NCBI GenBank assembly: GCA_043228905.1
Contig: JBHGNT010000002.1
Location: 9,734,001-9,798,000, forward strand
Reading direction: 5' to 3'
Length of the DNA stretch: 64,000 nucleotides
DNA from: Azolla caroliniana
Taxonomy: Eukaryota; Plantae; Polypodiophyta
The notes under the pieces are model-generated. The model had not been told where the DNA came from, did not search any database, and saw only the letters and a list, made by a program, of their open reading frames with translations. A program made the position numbers and the translations under genes. The first letter of the stretch is position 1; the number at the start of each line of letters is the position of its first letter. Shown here piece by piece: positions 51,401-64,000 of this stretch.

Positions 51401-53048
51401 CTTGCATCCGATTGATGTCGTTAGCAACACATCTCCTATGCCGATGATTTGGCATGTCCCTTCATTCCCCATCCAGACACAACCATGCTCATCGGCTGTG
51501 TAGGATGAGAAGCATCTCCGATTCGGTGTCAGGTGGAACGACGCTTCGGAATCGACAACCCACGTTGTCTCGTCGCCAACAAGGTTTAACTCATTCTCCT
51601 TGGTGATGAGCATCAGTTCCTCTTCACTTGTCGCGATTTCTGACGTTGCTTTTCGATCCGTGCCTCTCCGGTCTGAACTGTTTCGGTCTGAACTCTTCTT
51701 CGAATCGGTATTGGCGGTTTCTTTCTCCTTCCGAAAAGGCCGATACTTCTTCTAGAAGTGCCCTGGCTTCCCACAATAGAAGCAAGTAGGCCTCCCCTTT
51801 GACTTCGACCTCGTCCCCGATATGTCCCGGTTTTAGGGACTCCGATACCGGCCTCTTCCCCGGTTGTGGTCATCTTCCATGACCAAAGCCTTCGGATTGG
51901 TTCCGGACTCCTGGTCCTTCTGGCGAGCTTCTTCATCTAGCAAGCTTGATTTTACTCTTGCTAGGGACAACTGTTTTCCTTCCGGTTCGGCGTTGTCCAA
52001 CGTGACAACTAGTGTCTCCTAGCTATTTGGGAGGGAACCGAGTAGGAGCAATGCGAGTACCTCATCGGCGAGAGGTACTTCCAATGAGGTTGCTTGGTGT
52101 ATCAGTCCCTAGAAGGAATTCATGTGTTCCGCCATATTGGAGCCGTCCTGGTACCGGAGCCTCACTAGCTTCTGGAATATCGAAACCCGATTAACAACAT
52201 TCTTGGTCTGGAACATGATGCCGATCTTCTCCCAGAGTTCATGAGCCTTGCTCTCTTCATTGAAGTTGTTGTACAAGCTCATGTCGATGAAGCATTGGAT
52301 GTATGCCGTCGTCTTCATGTGCATCACCTCCCACAATGTGGCGTCGATCTTATCCGGTCTCTTGTCCTTGAACTGAACCGGCAACCAAAGATCTTTAACC
52401 ACCAACATATCCCTGATCTTCAACTTCCACATTGAGTAGTTGGAGCCGGTGAGCTTGAACATGCCGCCGAATGATTCTTCCATTTTCTGTGTTGTTTGCT
52501 CTGATACCAGATTGAAGAGAATAGACACGGAATATTGTTCGGCCACAACTGAGCCTTGAATCACAGGAATGGCAATGAAACACAAAAATGGGAAGTGGAG
52601 AGTACACCAAGGAAATACACATGATGTTTATGTGGAAAACCCAAATAGGGAAAAACCACGGGAGCCCACGGACTCCAACTATCACTATAGGAGAAAGGTA
52701 CAATTAGAGCCTCGGAGGCAACGACCTCGAGCTTTGTATCTTTGCCAACCAGTGGTTACAACAGAGTATCTCTCTGTATCTCACACTCTCTCCCTCTCTA
52801 TCGCTCTATGTACAACAATTATAATGATATAAACAACAACACTCTCTCACTTTCTAAAGTGATTGCCCTAAGTCATATTTATACTTATATGAACTTAGGG
52901 CTATTTACAAATATAGCCTCAATAGGCTTACTCAAAACATATCAACAAATATGTCTTCTCTTCCGGTTCTCACCTGCGGTCTTTCGGTTCTCACCAGGTC
53001 TTCCTCATTCATCACCGGATCCTTTCCTGAGGGACCGATTTCCCAACA
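48474..53048 (-). mobile_element. Degenerate Tnt1-like copia element D, inserted in the LTR of E
   Basis: LTRs at 52513-53048 and 48474-48950; Met PBS and PPT; gag-PR-IN-RT-RH fragments. Internal deletion at about 51310; no clean TSD. Confidence 0.88.
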
Positions 53049-53914
53049 CTCTTTGCACAGAGTGTATTAGCCACGCAGGGCTCTTGGCGTCTAAGCTCTC
53101 TCAGCTATGATGTTTCTCTCTTCGATCTGTTCTACTCTACTATTGTTCTACACTAACTCTATGTTTGCCCTATTAAGTGTATTTATACTTATACACTGTA
53201 TGGGCTATTTACTAATGTAACCACTGCTAGTGTCATTCCTATTATTCTATTAAATAACAATAATAGTTTAATCAGTTGATTGGTCGACTAGTTGATTCAA
53301 CTAGCAGACTCCTATGTCGACTGTCCAGTTAGCCTAGACGTTAACCCTCTAGTCGGCCCAACTAGTTGGTTGTGTATTCCACTTGGATCACACATATACT
53401 TATATGTATATATGTATATATGTATATATATATATACTATTGACTCTCTGTGTCGACTCCCCCTTGTCATCGACTGTCGACCCTTGGCCCGACCAGTCAG
53501 TTCCTCCCATAAGAGGGACATATTCCTAACAAACTCCCCCTTCACTCCTATGGGTGGAGTCAGTTAGTCCTGTCCTTTGTCGATAGAATCTGAGTATATC
53601 CATAGGTAGGTTCTTCGTCAGCATGCCAGATCCATTGTCGTTAGTATTGATCTTCACGAGGGTAAACTCCTCTCCTTCCACTTTCTCCCGCAACTAGTGA
53701 TACCTCCTCTGTATATGTTTGGTTTGGGAGTGGTACGCAACGTTCTTGGCTAGATGTATGGTGCACTGGTTGTCACAATGAAGCAAGACCTATCTTTGCT
53801 TCATTCCTAGTTGTTAAGAATTAGGTAAGTAATTAAGTATGGGTTAATTAGTACCTAATTATGTGATTAAATTAAGCGAAAGATTAAGTGATATCCGTGT
53901 GTATATGTGTGAGA

Positions 53915-53970
<56 letters not shown>

Positions 53971-56136
53971 CACTTATGAACAACACAAGATGGGGGATGA
54001 GTAACTATGTTAAATTAGCATTAGCATTATCATCATCATCATCAAATACAAAAATACCTACAATAAGGTATATATAGATCTCATGTGCAAGGGTGCACAT
54101 GTGAGGATAATATAGGTACAAAGGTGTAACTCCTATATTAAATGTACTTGGGAGTGGAGGATCTAGAATATCCCACTTAAGTACAAGGTCCTATTTAATG
54201 TGTTATAGTCAACACTTCTAACTAGATTCTATCTAGGTAACTACGAAGTTACATGGTTGACTAACTAACTAAACTAAGTTGAGCTTGATCTCTCAACACG
54301 TCCCCTCAAGCTCAAGTACGGGGCATCCGATGCCTGCTTTAGCTTTCGATATTCGGATATTCGATTCGGTTGAATCGACTTTGACTTTGGATGGCGTCAA
54401 AGTTTTTGTGGCAGTTTCGGTTCCTCCCCCTCAAGCCTGTGATGAAGGCTTGTTGTGTGAAATTGGCTGACTGCTTGCTCAAGCTTGTGATGAAGGCTTG
54501 TTGTGCGAAATTGGCCGACCGCTTTCACCCATTGTGGGTTACAAGCCACTTCTGTAGAGCTCTCGGGATCTTGTTTGCCCGCTACCTTCATCCCGAAGGC
54601 GTAATGATGGGCCATATACTCGTTGTAGCCGAGGCGAGTGACAAGATTCTTCTCCCTAGAAGAGCGTCAAAGTTTTTCGTTTGCTGATGTGAGCACCTTC
54701 TTTACTCCGGGTGTCTGCATGAGGGTACACCAAACTCACTGTCTAGTGAGGGAGCCGATCCATCTGGATCATTGTCATCGGGGTGGTCGACTTTGTATTC
54801 CGGCATCTTACCTTTGCCTTTGTCCAAGTTTGTACTTGACCGCGACGTGCTTGGGTCACGTGGGGGCTCTTGTGACCCACTAGGCCTTGCCGTAATCGGA
54901 CTTTCTTCAAACATGTGTTCGAAGTGATCTCCATCTTCTACCTCTTGTTCGGCGGATTCCGGGTCGAGCGGAGTCTGAGTCGAAGTTGTCTCTGGTGTGT
55001 ACCAAGATGCGGACTCGTTGAAGACCACGTCTCGACTTACCCAAACCGCTCGGGTAGAAGGGTTGTAGCACTTGTATGCCTTCTTCTTGGGCGAGTATCC
55101 TATGAGGATACATTCCTCTGACTTCGCGTCGGGCTTCTGTAATTGTTCGTTCGGGATGCGTACATTCGCAATGCTTCTGAACACCTTGAGGTGCGACAGG
55201 ATCGACTTCCTTCCGACAAGGAGCTCGTATGGAGTTACCTCATGAAATCCATTAGTGGTGCACTGGTTCATGACATATATAGACGGCCGTGGATGCCGGT
55301 TCGGCCCAATAGAAATTCGGCATGTGCTTCTCATGCATCATGGCGCGTGCTACCTCGAGTATTTGCCGATTCTTCCTTTCGGCTACTCCATTTTGTTGGG
55401 TTGTGTGTCGGCACGAGAATTCTCTCTGAATGCCTTCACTTTGGAGATATGAGGTGAATTCGTCGGAGAAGTACTCCTTGCCTCCATCCGATCGTAGGCA
55501 TCGAATGTGCCGACCGGTTTCTTTCTTGACTTGGCCCTTGAGCTTTTGGAAGTGGGAGAGCACTTCACTTTTCTTCTTCATCGGGTAGATCCACGCATAA
55601 TGCGAGTAGTCGTCAATGAAGGTGACGTAGAATCGGAATCTGCCGATCGTCAGCGTTTGAGCCGGTCCCCATACATCCAAGTGTATGACCTCGAGGAGGC
55701 CTTTGCTTGCGGAGCTCTCCTTCGGGAATGGGAGTCGACATTGTTTGCTGAGTTGACACGCTTTGCATACTCGGTCAACTCGTTTCGACTTGAATGTCGG
55801 AAGTCTGATGATGACTCCCTTTGTTTGCATAGCTTGAAGCTGTTGGAGGATTATGTGGCCGATTCTCTTGTGCCACAACTCAATGCTTGTCTCGGTTTTG
55901 AGACTTTTAGAGTACACTGTCGATTTCACCTCGTTCGAATCGAGGATGAACATTTGGCCATCTCTCCGCCCCTTCGCTATGAGTCGGCCATCTTTCTCAA
56001 TGAAGCATCCTTCTTTGTTGAAGAGAACTTCCATTCCTTGTTCCACAATTTGGCCTACCAAGACCAAATTCTTCGTTATCGTGGACACGCGCAAGACATT
56101 CTTGATGCAAGTTTGTTCGCCTTCTTTCCTGAATGG

Positions 56137-59100
56137 TGTTGAAGAATCAACGCTCCGATTCGCCTTCACCGCTCGGCCACAACCGAGAAATCACGAATCA
56201 ATGCAGCAGAAAATAGGAAACACAGAGAAAGACACGATAACACACGGATTAACGTGGAAAACCCTATACGGGAAAAACCACGGGAGTGCAAGACTCCAAA
56301 CCAAAACTATGCACAGAGAAATATACAATGGCGAGCTGCAAGGCGACGACCTTGAGCTCGCTATCCTCGCCACAGGCGGCGGTATTACACAGAGGCGTCG
56401 ACCTCTCTCTCTCTCACGCTCTATCTCTCTCACGGCTGCTCTCTCTTCACTCCTCTTGAGTGGAAAAACAGAAAAATGAGTAGCAACATAAAACTGTTTG
56501 CCCTAAGTCATATTTATACATATATGACTTTCGGGCTATTTACAAATATAGCCTCGAGGGCCCTTGGCAAACATATTCACAAATATGTCCCCGCATCCGG
56601 ATCTCTCTCCGGGTACATTCGTCATCCAGCTCCGTAGCCGGGGTCTTCATCATCCGGATCCGGAACCGCAACCGGGCTTGCCGTCATTCATCTCCGGACA
56701 TCCCATCCGGAGGGACCGAAATCCCAACAAACTCCCCCTTCACTTCGGCATGGGATGTCTCTCCAATCCGATCCTCTTCCGGCATGCTTCCAGCTTGTCG
56801 GGTGTGAGCACCTTGGTCAGCATATCCGACCCGTTCTCGTCCGTGTGGATCTTCGTCAGCACGAACTCCTTGTCTTCTATCCTTTCCCGGATCCAGTGGT
56901 ATCTACGCTGGATGTGTTTCGTCCGGGAATGGTAGGCCGCGTTCTTCGCAAGGTGGATGGCACTCTGACTATCGCAGTAGAGTCGGTACTCCTCCTGCCG
57001 GATACCGAGCTCTCTAATGAAGTCCTTCATCCATATTATTTCCTTGCCGGCTTCAATAGCCGCCATGTACTCCGCCTCCGTGGTTGACAACGCAACCGTC
57101 TTCTGCAGCCTCGACTGCTACGAAACAGCTCCCCCTGCATACGTCATCACATACCCTGATGTGGACCGACTGGTATCTGCATCAGCCGACATATCCGAAT
57201 CGGTGAAGCCGTCGAGTTCGGGCTTACCGGAGCCGAATCGGAGGCACACGTTTGTCATGCCCTTCAGGTATCGGAGTATCCACTTGACCGCGTTCCAATG
57301 CTCTTTGCCGGGATTACTCATATACCGGCTCACCACTCCGACTGCGTATCCAATGTCCGGTCGGGTACACACCATTGTGTACATCAAGCTCCCGATGGCA
57401 GAGGCATATGGTATCTTCATCATATCCTCCTTCTCAGCCTTTGTCTTGGGACTTTGCTTCCCGGATAACTTGCAGTTTGCCGGGAGGGTCGACCCGACCG
57501 GTCTTGCTTCCGACATGTTGAACCGGTGAAGCACCTTTGTCACGTACTTCTCCTGTGACAGCCACAACTGCTTCTTCTTCCGGTCCCGGATGATGTGCAT
57601 TCCTAGTATTTGCCTCGCCGGACCCAGGTCCTTCATTGAGAAAGTTCGGTGAAGCGCTTTCTTCAGCATCCGTATCTTGACCTGGTCCCGTCCGACGATC
57701 AACATGTCGTCCACGTACAGGAGGAGTATTAGAAAGTCTCCTCCTTCGAACTCCTTCACAAACACGCAGTGATCGGACTGCGTTTTGTGGTATCCTTCGT
57801 TGGTCATGAAAGAGTCGAACTTCCGGTACCATTGCCGGGGAGCCTGCTTCAGTCCGTAAAGGCTCTTCTTCAACCGGCATACCAGGTGCTCCTTCCCTTT
57901 CTTCTCGAATCCTTCCGGTTGCTGCATGTAGATCTCTTCTTCGAGGTCACCGTGAAGGAATGCCGTCTTCACGTCCATCTGTTCTACCTCGAGGTCCATG
58001 CTTGCCGCTATGCTCAGCACCGTCCGGATGGAGGTCATCTTCACTACCGGGGCAAATATCTCGTCAAAGTCGACGCCCTTCTTCTGCTGGAACCCCTTCA
58101 CCACGATCCTGGCTTTGTATCTCGGGGTGTTTCCGGCATCTCCCGGTTTCAGCTTGAACACCCACTTGTTACGGAGTGCCCGTTTTCCTTTCGGCAACTC
58201 CACAAGTTCATATGTGTGGTTCTCATGCAGGGAATCCATCTCGTCCTGCATGGCACTCAACCACTTGCGGCTCTGGGTGTCATGTTTTGCTTCTTCAAAG
58301 CTCTCCGGCTCCCCCTCGTCGGTTAGCAGCACGTGCTCTGGTTCCGGAAATCTCCGGGGAGCCCTTCTCTCTCTTAGAGGATATCTCCGTTCCGGAGCTT
58401 CGGTAACCGGTTCTTCCGATTCTTCTTCATCCGAATCCATTTCGGGATCGGGGCCGATTCCGGTATCATTTTCATCTTCTTCGGCCGGTTCTGTTTCTTC
58501 ACCGTCTTCGGCTGGATCTTCGAGTGTTAACCGGTCCCTTGCCGGTCGGGACTGCTCCTCGTAGAGTTGATTCTCACCGGTCGACTTGGAGCTCTTCATC
58601 TTCTTCTCCGACTCCCAGTCGGCGAGTGTCTTGTCCTCCATGAAGATGATATCTCGACTCCTGAATATCTTCTTGTCGACCGGGTCCCATACTCGGTAGC
58701 CGAACTCGTCGTTGCCGTAACCGAGGAATATGCATGGCCGGGTCTTTGGATCTAGCTTTCCTCTCCGGTCCTTTGCCACATGCACATATACTAGACACCC
58801 GAACACCTTCAGATGCCGGTAGGACACTTCCTTACCGGTCCACACTCTCTGTGGCGTGTCTCCGTCCAAAGGTACTGAGGGTGATCTGTTTATCACGTAT
58901 GTCGCCGTCGACATTGCCTCAGCCCAAAACCTCTTGGGTAATTTCGCATGCGCCAGCATACTCCGGACCCTCTCCATTATGGTCCGGTTCATCCTCTCGG
59001 CCAGCCCGTTCAGTTCCGGCGTCTTCGGCACGGTAAACTCGAGCCGGATTCCTTTCGAGCGACAGTACTCCTCGAACTGCCCCCGGTATTCCCCTCCGTT

Positions 59101-61449
59101 ATCCGCTCGTATCGCTTTCAGCTTCTTGCCGGATTCCCTTTCCACTCTCGCGTGGAGTTCTTTGAAGACGCACAACACTTGGTCCTTTGTCTTCAACGGT
59201 GCCGTCCACAGCTTCCGGCTGTGGTCATCTATGAATGTTACGAAGTACTGGGCTCCGCCATGTGACTTCGTTTCTACCTGACACACATCAGTGTGTACCA
59301 GCTCCAATGGTACACTACGTCTCATCGGTGGTCTTGAGCGGAAGGAGGTCCGGTTTTGCTTACCGGCCAGACAGTCGGTACACTTCCCCAAGTGTACGTG
59401 CTTTACCGGTATCAGGTTGTCTTCGGCAAGCCTCTTCATCCCCTTCTCGCTCATGTGGCACAGTCTCTTGTGCCACAGCTCACCGGCAGTGTCGACTGCT
59501 ACGTTCAACTCTTCCGGACACAACCGGGCATTCATAAGGTACAGTGTGTTGACTTTCCGGGCCCGAGCCACTATCAGGCTCCCCTTGCTGAACTTCATTA
59601 CGCCGTTCCGGATGCTACCTGTGTAGCCTTCATTGTCTAGCCTCCCGGCCGAAATCAGGTTCAATCGAACCTCCGGAACGTGTCGGACATCCTTCAGCAG
59701 CATTTTGCATCCGGTCGAGGTTGTCAACCACACGTCTCCCATGCCGGCAATCCGGCACGTACCTTCATTTCCCATCCGAACACAGCCATGCTCACCGGCT
59801 GTGTAGGATGAGAAGTATTTCTTCTCCGGGGTCAGGTGGAACGACGCTCCGGAATCGACCACCCAGGTCATCTCTTCACCGGCAAGGTTCAGCTCCCTCT
59901 CTTCGGTAATGAGCATTATCTCTTCTTCACTTGCCGCGAGTGCCGTCATTCCTTTCTGGTCCTGCCCTCGCCGATCCGGACCTCTCCGGTCCGTGGCTCC
60001 CCGGTATGCACCGTTTCGCTCCGGTGACTTCTTCGAATCGGCGTCATCGGCTCCGTTGTCCTTTCGGTAATGCCGACAATTCTTCCGGAAGTGCCCCGGC
60101 TTCCCACAGTGGAAGCATGTGGGTCTTCCTCTTGACTGCGACCGGGTCCCCGACTTCTCCCGTCTTTGCGGACTCCGGTTCCATTGTCTTCCCCGTTCCG
60201 ATTCGGTAAGCAGCGCCTTCGGGTCGGAGGCCGGTTCTTTATCTCTCCGACGCGCTTCTTCGTTCAAAATACTTGTCTTTACCGTTTGTAGGGACAAGTT
60301 ATCTTCCGTGCAGGAGGTGCTGAGAGTCACCACCAAGTTCTCCCAGCTTTCCGGCAATGTACACATCAGAATGATGGCTTGCATTGCATCCTCCAGCGGG
60401 AACTTGATCGCCTTAAGCTGGTTCACGAATCCCATGAACGTGCTTACGTGTTCCACCATACTCTCGCCGTCCCGGTACTTGAGGTTCACTATCTTCCTCA
60501 TCAGGGAGGTCCGGTTCAACGCATTCTTCCTCTCGTAGAGGCCCGACAGCTTCCGCCACATCTCATATGCGTTGATGTCGTTCGCCACATGTTGTAGAAC
60601 GCTCACGTCGACGTATTGCCGAATGGTTGCAACGGCTTTCCGGTTCAGAAGCCTCCATTCCGACTCAAGTACCCCCTTCGGTATTTCCGACCTGTCAATC
60701 GGTTCGTACAGGTCCCGAACAATCAGAAGATCCTCCATCTTGATCTTCCAGTCGGCGTAATTCTGCGCATTCAGCACCATCATCCCCGGCTGCCCGCTGC
60801 TGCCGCCTTCCATTTTCTGCACTGCCGTCGCTCTGATACCACTTTGTTGAAGAATCAACGCTCCGATTCGCCTTCACCGCTCGGCCACAACCGAGAAATC
60901 ACGAATCAATGCAGCAGAAAATAGGAAACACAGAGAAAGACACGATAACACACGGATTAACGTGGAAAACCCTATACGGGAAAAACCACGGGAGTGCAAG
61001 ACTCCAAACCAAAACTATGCACAGAGAAATATACAATGGCGAGCTGCAAGGCGACGACCTTGAGCTCGCTATCCTCGCCACAGGTGGCGGTATTACACAG
61101 AGGCGTCGACCTCTCTCTCTCTCACGGCTGCTCTCTCTTCACTCCTCTTGAGTGGAAAAACAGAAAAATGAGTAGCAACATAAAACTGTTTGCCCTAAGT
61201 CATATTTATACATATATGACTTTCGGGCTATTTACAAATATAGCCTCGAGGGCCCTTGGCAAACATATTCACAAATATGTCCCCGCATCCGGATCTCTCT
61301 CCGGGTACATTCGTCATCCGGCTCCGTAGCCGGGGTCTTCATCATCCGGCTCCGTAGCCGGGGTCTTCATCATCCGGATCCGGAACCGCAACCGGGCTTG
61401 CCGTCATTCATCTCCGGACATCCCATCCGGAGGGACCGAAATCCCAACA
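56137..61449 (-). mobile_element. Young, near-intact Tnt1/Tork-like copia element C
   Basis: LTRs at 60845-61449 and 56137-56729 are near-identical apart from two indels. Perfect TSD AATGG, Met PBS and PPT GTGAAGGGGGAG. Confidence 0.97.
56740..60813 (-). pseudogene. Copia C gag-pol polyprotein, single premature stop at 57118-57120
   Basis: One open frame from ATG 60813 through CFHCGKPGHFRKNC, WVVDSGAS, integrase, LLYVDD and FTDSD. TAG replaces W in GAVSWQS; the frame continues to 56740. Confidence 0.95.
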
Positions 61450-62932
61450 AATGGGACATTGCCGATGTGCCAAATGGGATGCGTGGTGTCGTCTCCCGTC
61501 TCTATGTAGCCGGGTCGATCCGGTGTACGCAAGTCATTGAACCAGTCTTTGTGGGATGCCAGTGATGTGAGGCGCCGGAATCGATGAACCACACGTCTTC
61601 CGAATTGGAGGTGGTTGCGGAGTCGGAGGTCGTCATAGAGGTTGCTCTATGCCTCATTACGAACATTCCGCCATGGTTGCCATAGTCGGAATTCGTGGCG
61701 TAATTTGTAAACATTTCACTACGATCGCCGTAGTCGGAATTCGATGTTGATTCGTGAACATTCCGCTACGATTGTCGTAGTCGGAGTTCAATGCGTAGTT
61801 TGTGAGTTGTCGACTTGTTGAAGCCGACTCACTTCTCTTTTTCTGACACTTCGCCTTGTAGTGACCGATTTTGCCACAATAATTGCAAGTTGCAGGCCTC
61901 GTTTGCCGACCATGTTCGGCATGGAAGCTCCCCCTTCTTCCGAAGGTTCCTCGATGGCTTCCGTGAAGGTTTGAGCTCCCTTCGTGTGATGGGCCAAATT
62001 GGCCTCTTCTACTGCCTCGACTTCGTCCTCGGCCACCATTCGAATTCGAGAAGAACATTTGTCCTTTTGATGTCTTGGGTTTGGTTTGGATGTGGTTCTC
62101 TTCAACCATCAACATTGATTGAAGGTCGAAGAATGAAGGAGGATTTTCCCTCGCCAAGATTGTCGTCCGTAATTGAACGAATCATTGTGCGAGGCCGCCC
62201 AAGCATACTTGAACCATCTCATCTTCGTCGACTTTTATGTTGATGGAACCAAGTGAGTCGCAAATGCTCTTGATCTTGGCGGTGTAGTCCGACACAGACA
62301 TTGCTTTTTGTCGAATGTTATTCAACTCTTGTCGGAGTTGAAGCTTACGGGCGGTTGTGTTGGCGGCAAACATCTTCTTTAAGTTCTCCCATGCCTCTTT
62401 AGGCGTCTTGGCATCTCGAATGTGGCTAAGCATGTGGTCGTGGACGCATGTTGCCAAGCAATACATTACCCGACTTGCTCCTTGCTCCCATGTTGGGTTG
62501 TTGGCGTTTGTGATGTCGGGCTTGTTTTCGAGTGCGCCATTAATGTAGATCCAATACCCTTGGCCGACAGGGTATTGGGTCATCTTGTACTCCCAAGATG
62601 AATAATTGCTCCGGTCTAGCTTTTCACTAGGGAGCGAGCTACCCATTTGTGTGTTCATGTTGATTGTAGTGTCTTCTCTTCTTTTTCTTTTCTTCCTTCA
62701 ATCATGTACACGTGCTACGTAGTGGCACTACGGTAGCCAATAGCCGGATTTTGTCGTCGGCATCTCGAACACACAATCACGGAGTCGGGTGGGCTTAGTG
62801 GATTTTCTAAACCACACGCTTTGATACCATGTTAAGAATTAGGTAAGTAATTAAGTATGGATTAATTAGTACCTAATTATGTGATTAAGTTAAGTGGAAG
62901 ATTAAGTGATATGTGTGTGTATATGTGTGAGA

Positions 62933-62976
<44 letters not shown>

Positions 62977-64000
62977 CACTTATGAACAACACAAGATGGG
63001 GGATGAGTAACTATGTTAAATTAGCATTATCATCATCATCATCAAATACAAAAATACCTACAATGAGGTATATATAGATCTCATGTGCACGGGTGCACAT
63101 GTGTGAGGATAATATAGGTACAAAGGTGTAAGTCCTATATTAAATGTACCTGGGAGTGGAGGATCTAGAATATCCCACTTAAGTACAAGGTCCTATTTAA
63201 GGTGTTATAGTCAACACTTCTAACTAGATTCTATCTAGGTAACTACGAAGTTACATGGTTGACTAACTAACTAAACTAAGTTGAGCTTGATCTCTTAACA
63301 CCAACTCACTAAGAAAATTTCTCATCCAGATCAGATCTTTGTTGGCCTCTACTGTTGTCGTATACTCTGTGGTTGAGGCAACAAACTTTTACAGTCGTCA
63401 CTGCCACGACACTACTCCCCCTGCATATGTCATTACATACCCAGAAGTGGATCAACTTGAGTCTGCATCCCCCAACATGTCCTAATCGGTAAAACCTTCA
63501 AGCATAGGATTTCTGACACCATACCTAAGGCATACCACCGAGGTGCCTTTTAAGTACTTGAGTATCCATTTGACGGCCGCCCAGTGTTCTCGTCCTGGAT
63601 TACTCATATATCGGCTTACTGCGCCCATAACAAATGCTATACCTAGTCTCGTACAGACCATAGCTTACATTAAAGTGCCGACGACCGATACATATGATAC
63701 TTTCCTCATCTCAGCCTTTCCCTTCTCCCTTCTCAGGCATTGCTTTGCATTGAGCTTGCAGTTGGTCATACAACATAGACCCGACTGGCTTTTCTTTTGA
63801 CATACTAAGACTTTTGAGCTTTTCTCTTGTGACAACCACAACACTTTCTTTGTTCTGTCTTGAACTATGTGCATCCCTAAGATCTATTTTGTCGAATCAA
63901 GATCTTTCATGGCAAACAACTTGCCTAGAGCTCTCTTCAAGCTCATGATTCTCGTTGTGTCTTGTCTGACTATCAACATGTCATCCACATATAATAAGAG

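Larger units (their letters stand above)
53812..63300 (-). mobile_element. Copia element B lacking RT/RNase H, interrupted by C
   Basis: LTRs at 62830-63300 and 53812-54298 with (GA)n. PBS TGGTATCAAAGC and PPT at about 54299-54316. Gag, PR and IN present. Degenerate TSD CTAGT/CCAAC. Confidence 0.9.
48322..64000 (-). mobile_element. Old Tnt1-like copia element E (3' LTR 48322-53531 split by D; RNase H/RT split by B); runs off the window
   Basis: LTR termini at 53531 and 48322; PPT at 53532-53545. RNase H at 53550-53811 joins RT at 63301-64000 across insertion B. Confidence 0.82.

Noticed and set aside
57118-57120. Programmed stop-codon readthrough at TAG-CAG
   Set aside because: The stop replaces a conserved Trp that is intact in relatives D and E (SWQ), so a G>A mutation is the simpler explanation.
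57017-60760. Many plus-strand ORFs opposite copia C pol
   Set aside because: Antisense shadows of a GC-rich coding strand with no recognisable motifs.

Overview
Eukaryotic, repeat-dense plant nuclear DNA. It is most consistent with a seed-free vascular plant such as a fern; this is an inference from PLS-type PPR remnants, GT-AG introns and the TE spectrum. Most of the window is nested LTR retrotransposons: three degenerate non-chromovirus Ty3/gypsy copies sharing an unknown 3' ORF, two gag-protease-only elements primed by tRNA-Trp, a chromovirus remnant, at least six Ty1/copia copies (one nearly intact) and solo LTRs. It also holds one complete hAT DNA transposon with an intact transposase, an intact GT34 glycosyltransferase gene that looks fungal MNN10-like, and a PPR pseudogene. 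The standout is 8661-13650, an AT-rich insert in a gypsy LTR. It starts with an array of palindromes with about 51-bp spacing and carries a spliced (4 GT-AG introns), now disrupted gene. That gene fuses a ParB/Srx-like domain to a prokaryote-type beta-class amino (N6-adenine/N4-cytosine) DNA methyltransferase with motif IV DIPY and motif I LDLFSGTGTT. All calls are from motif reading by eye; no searches were run.
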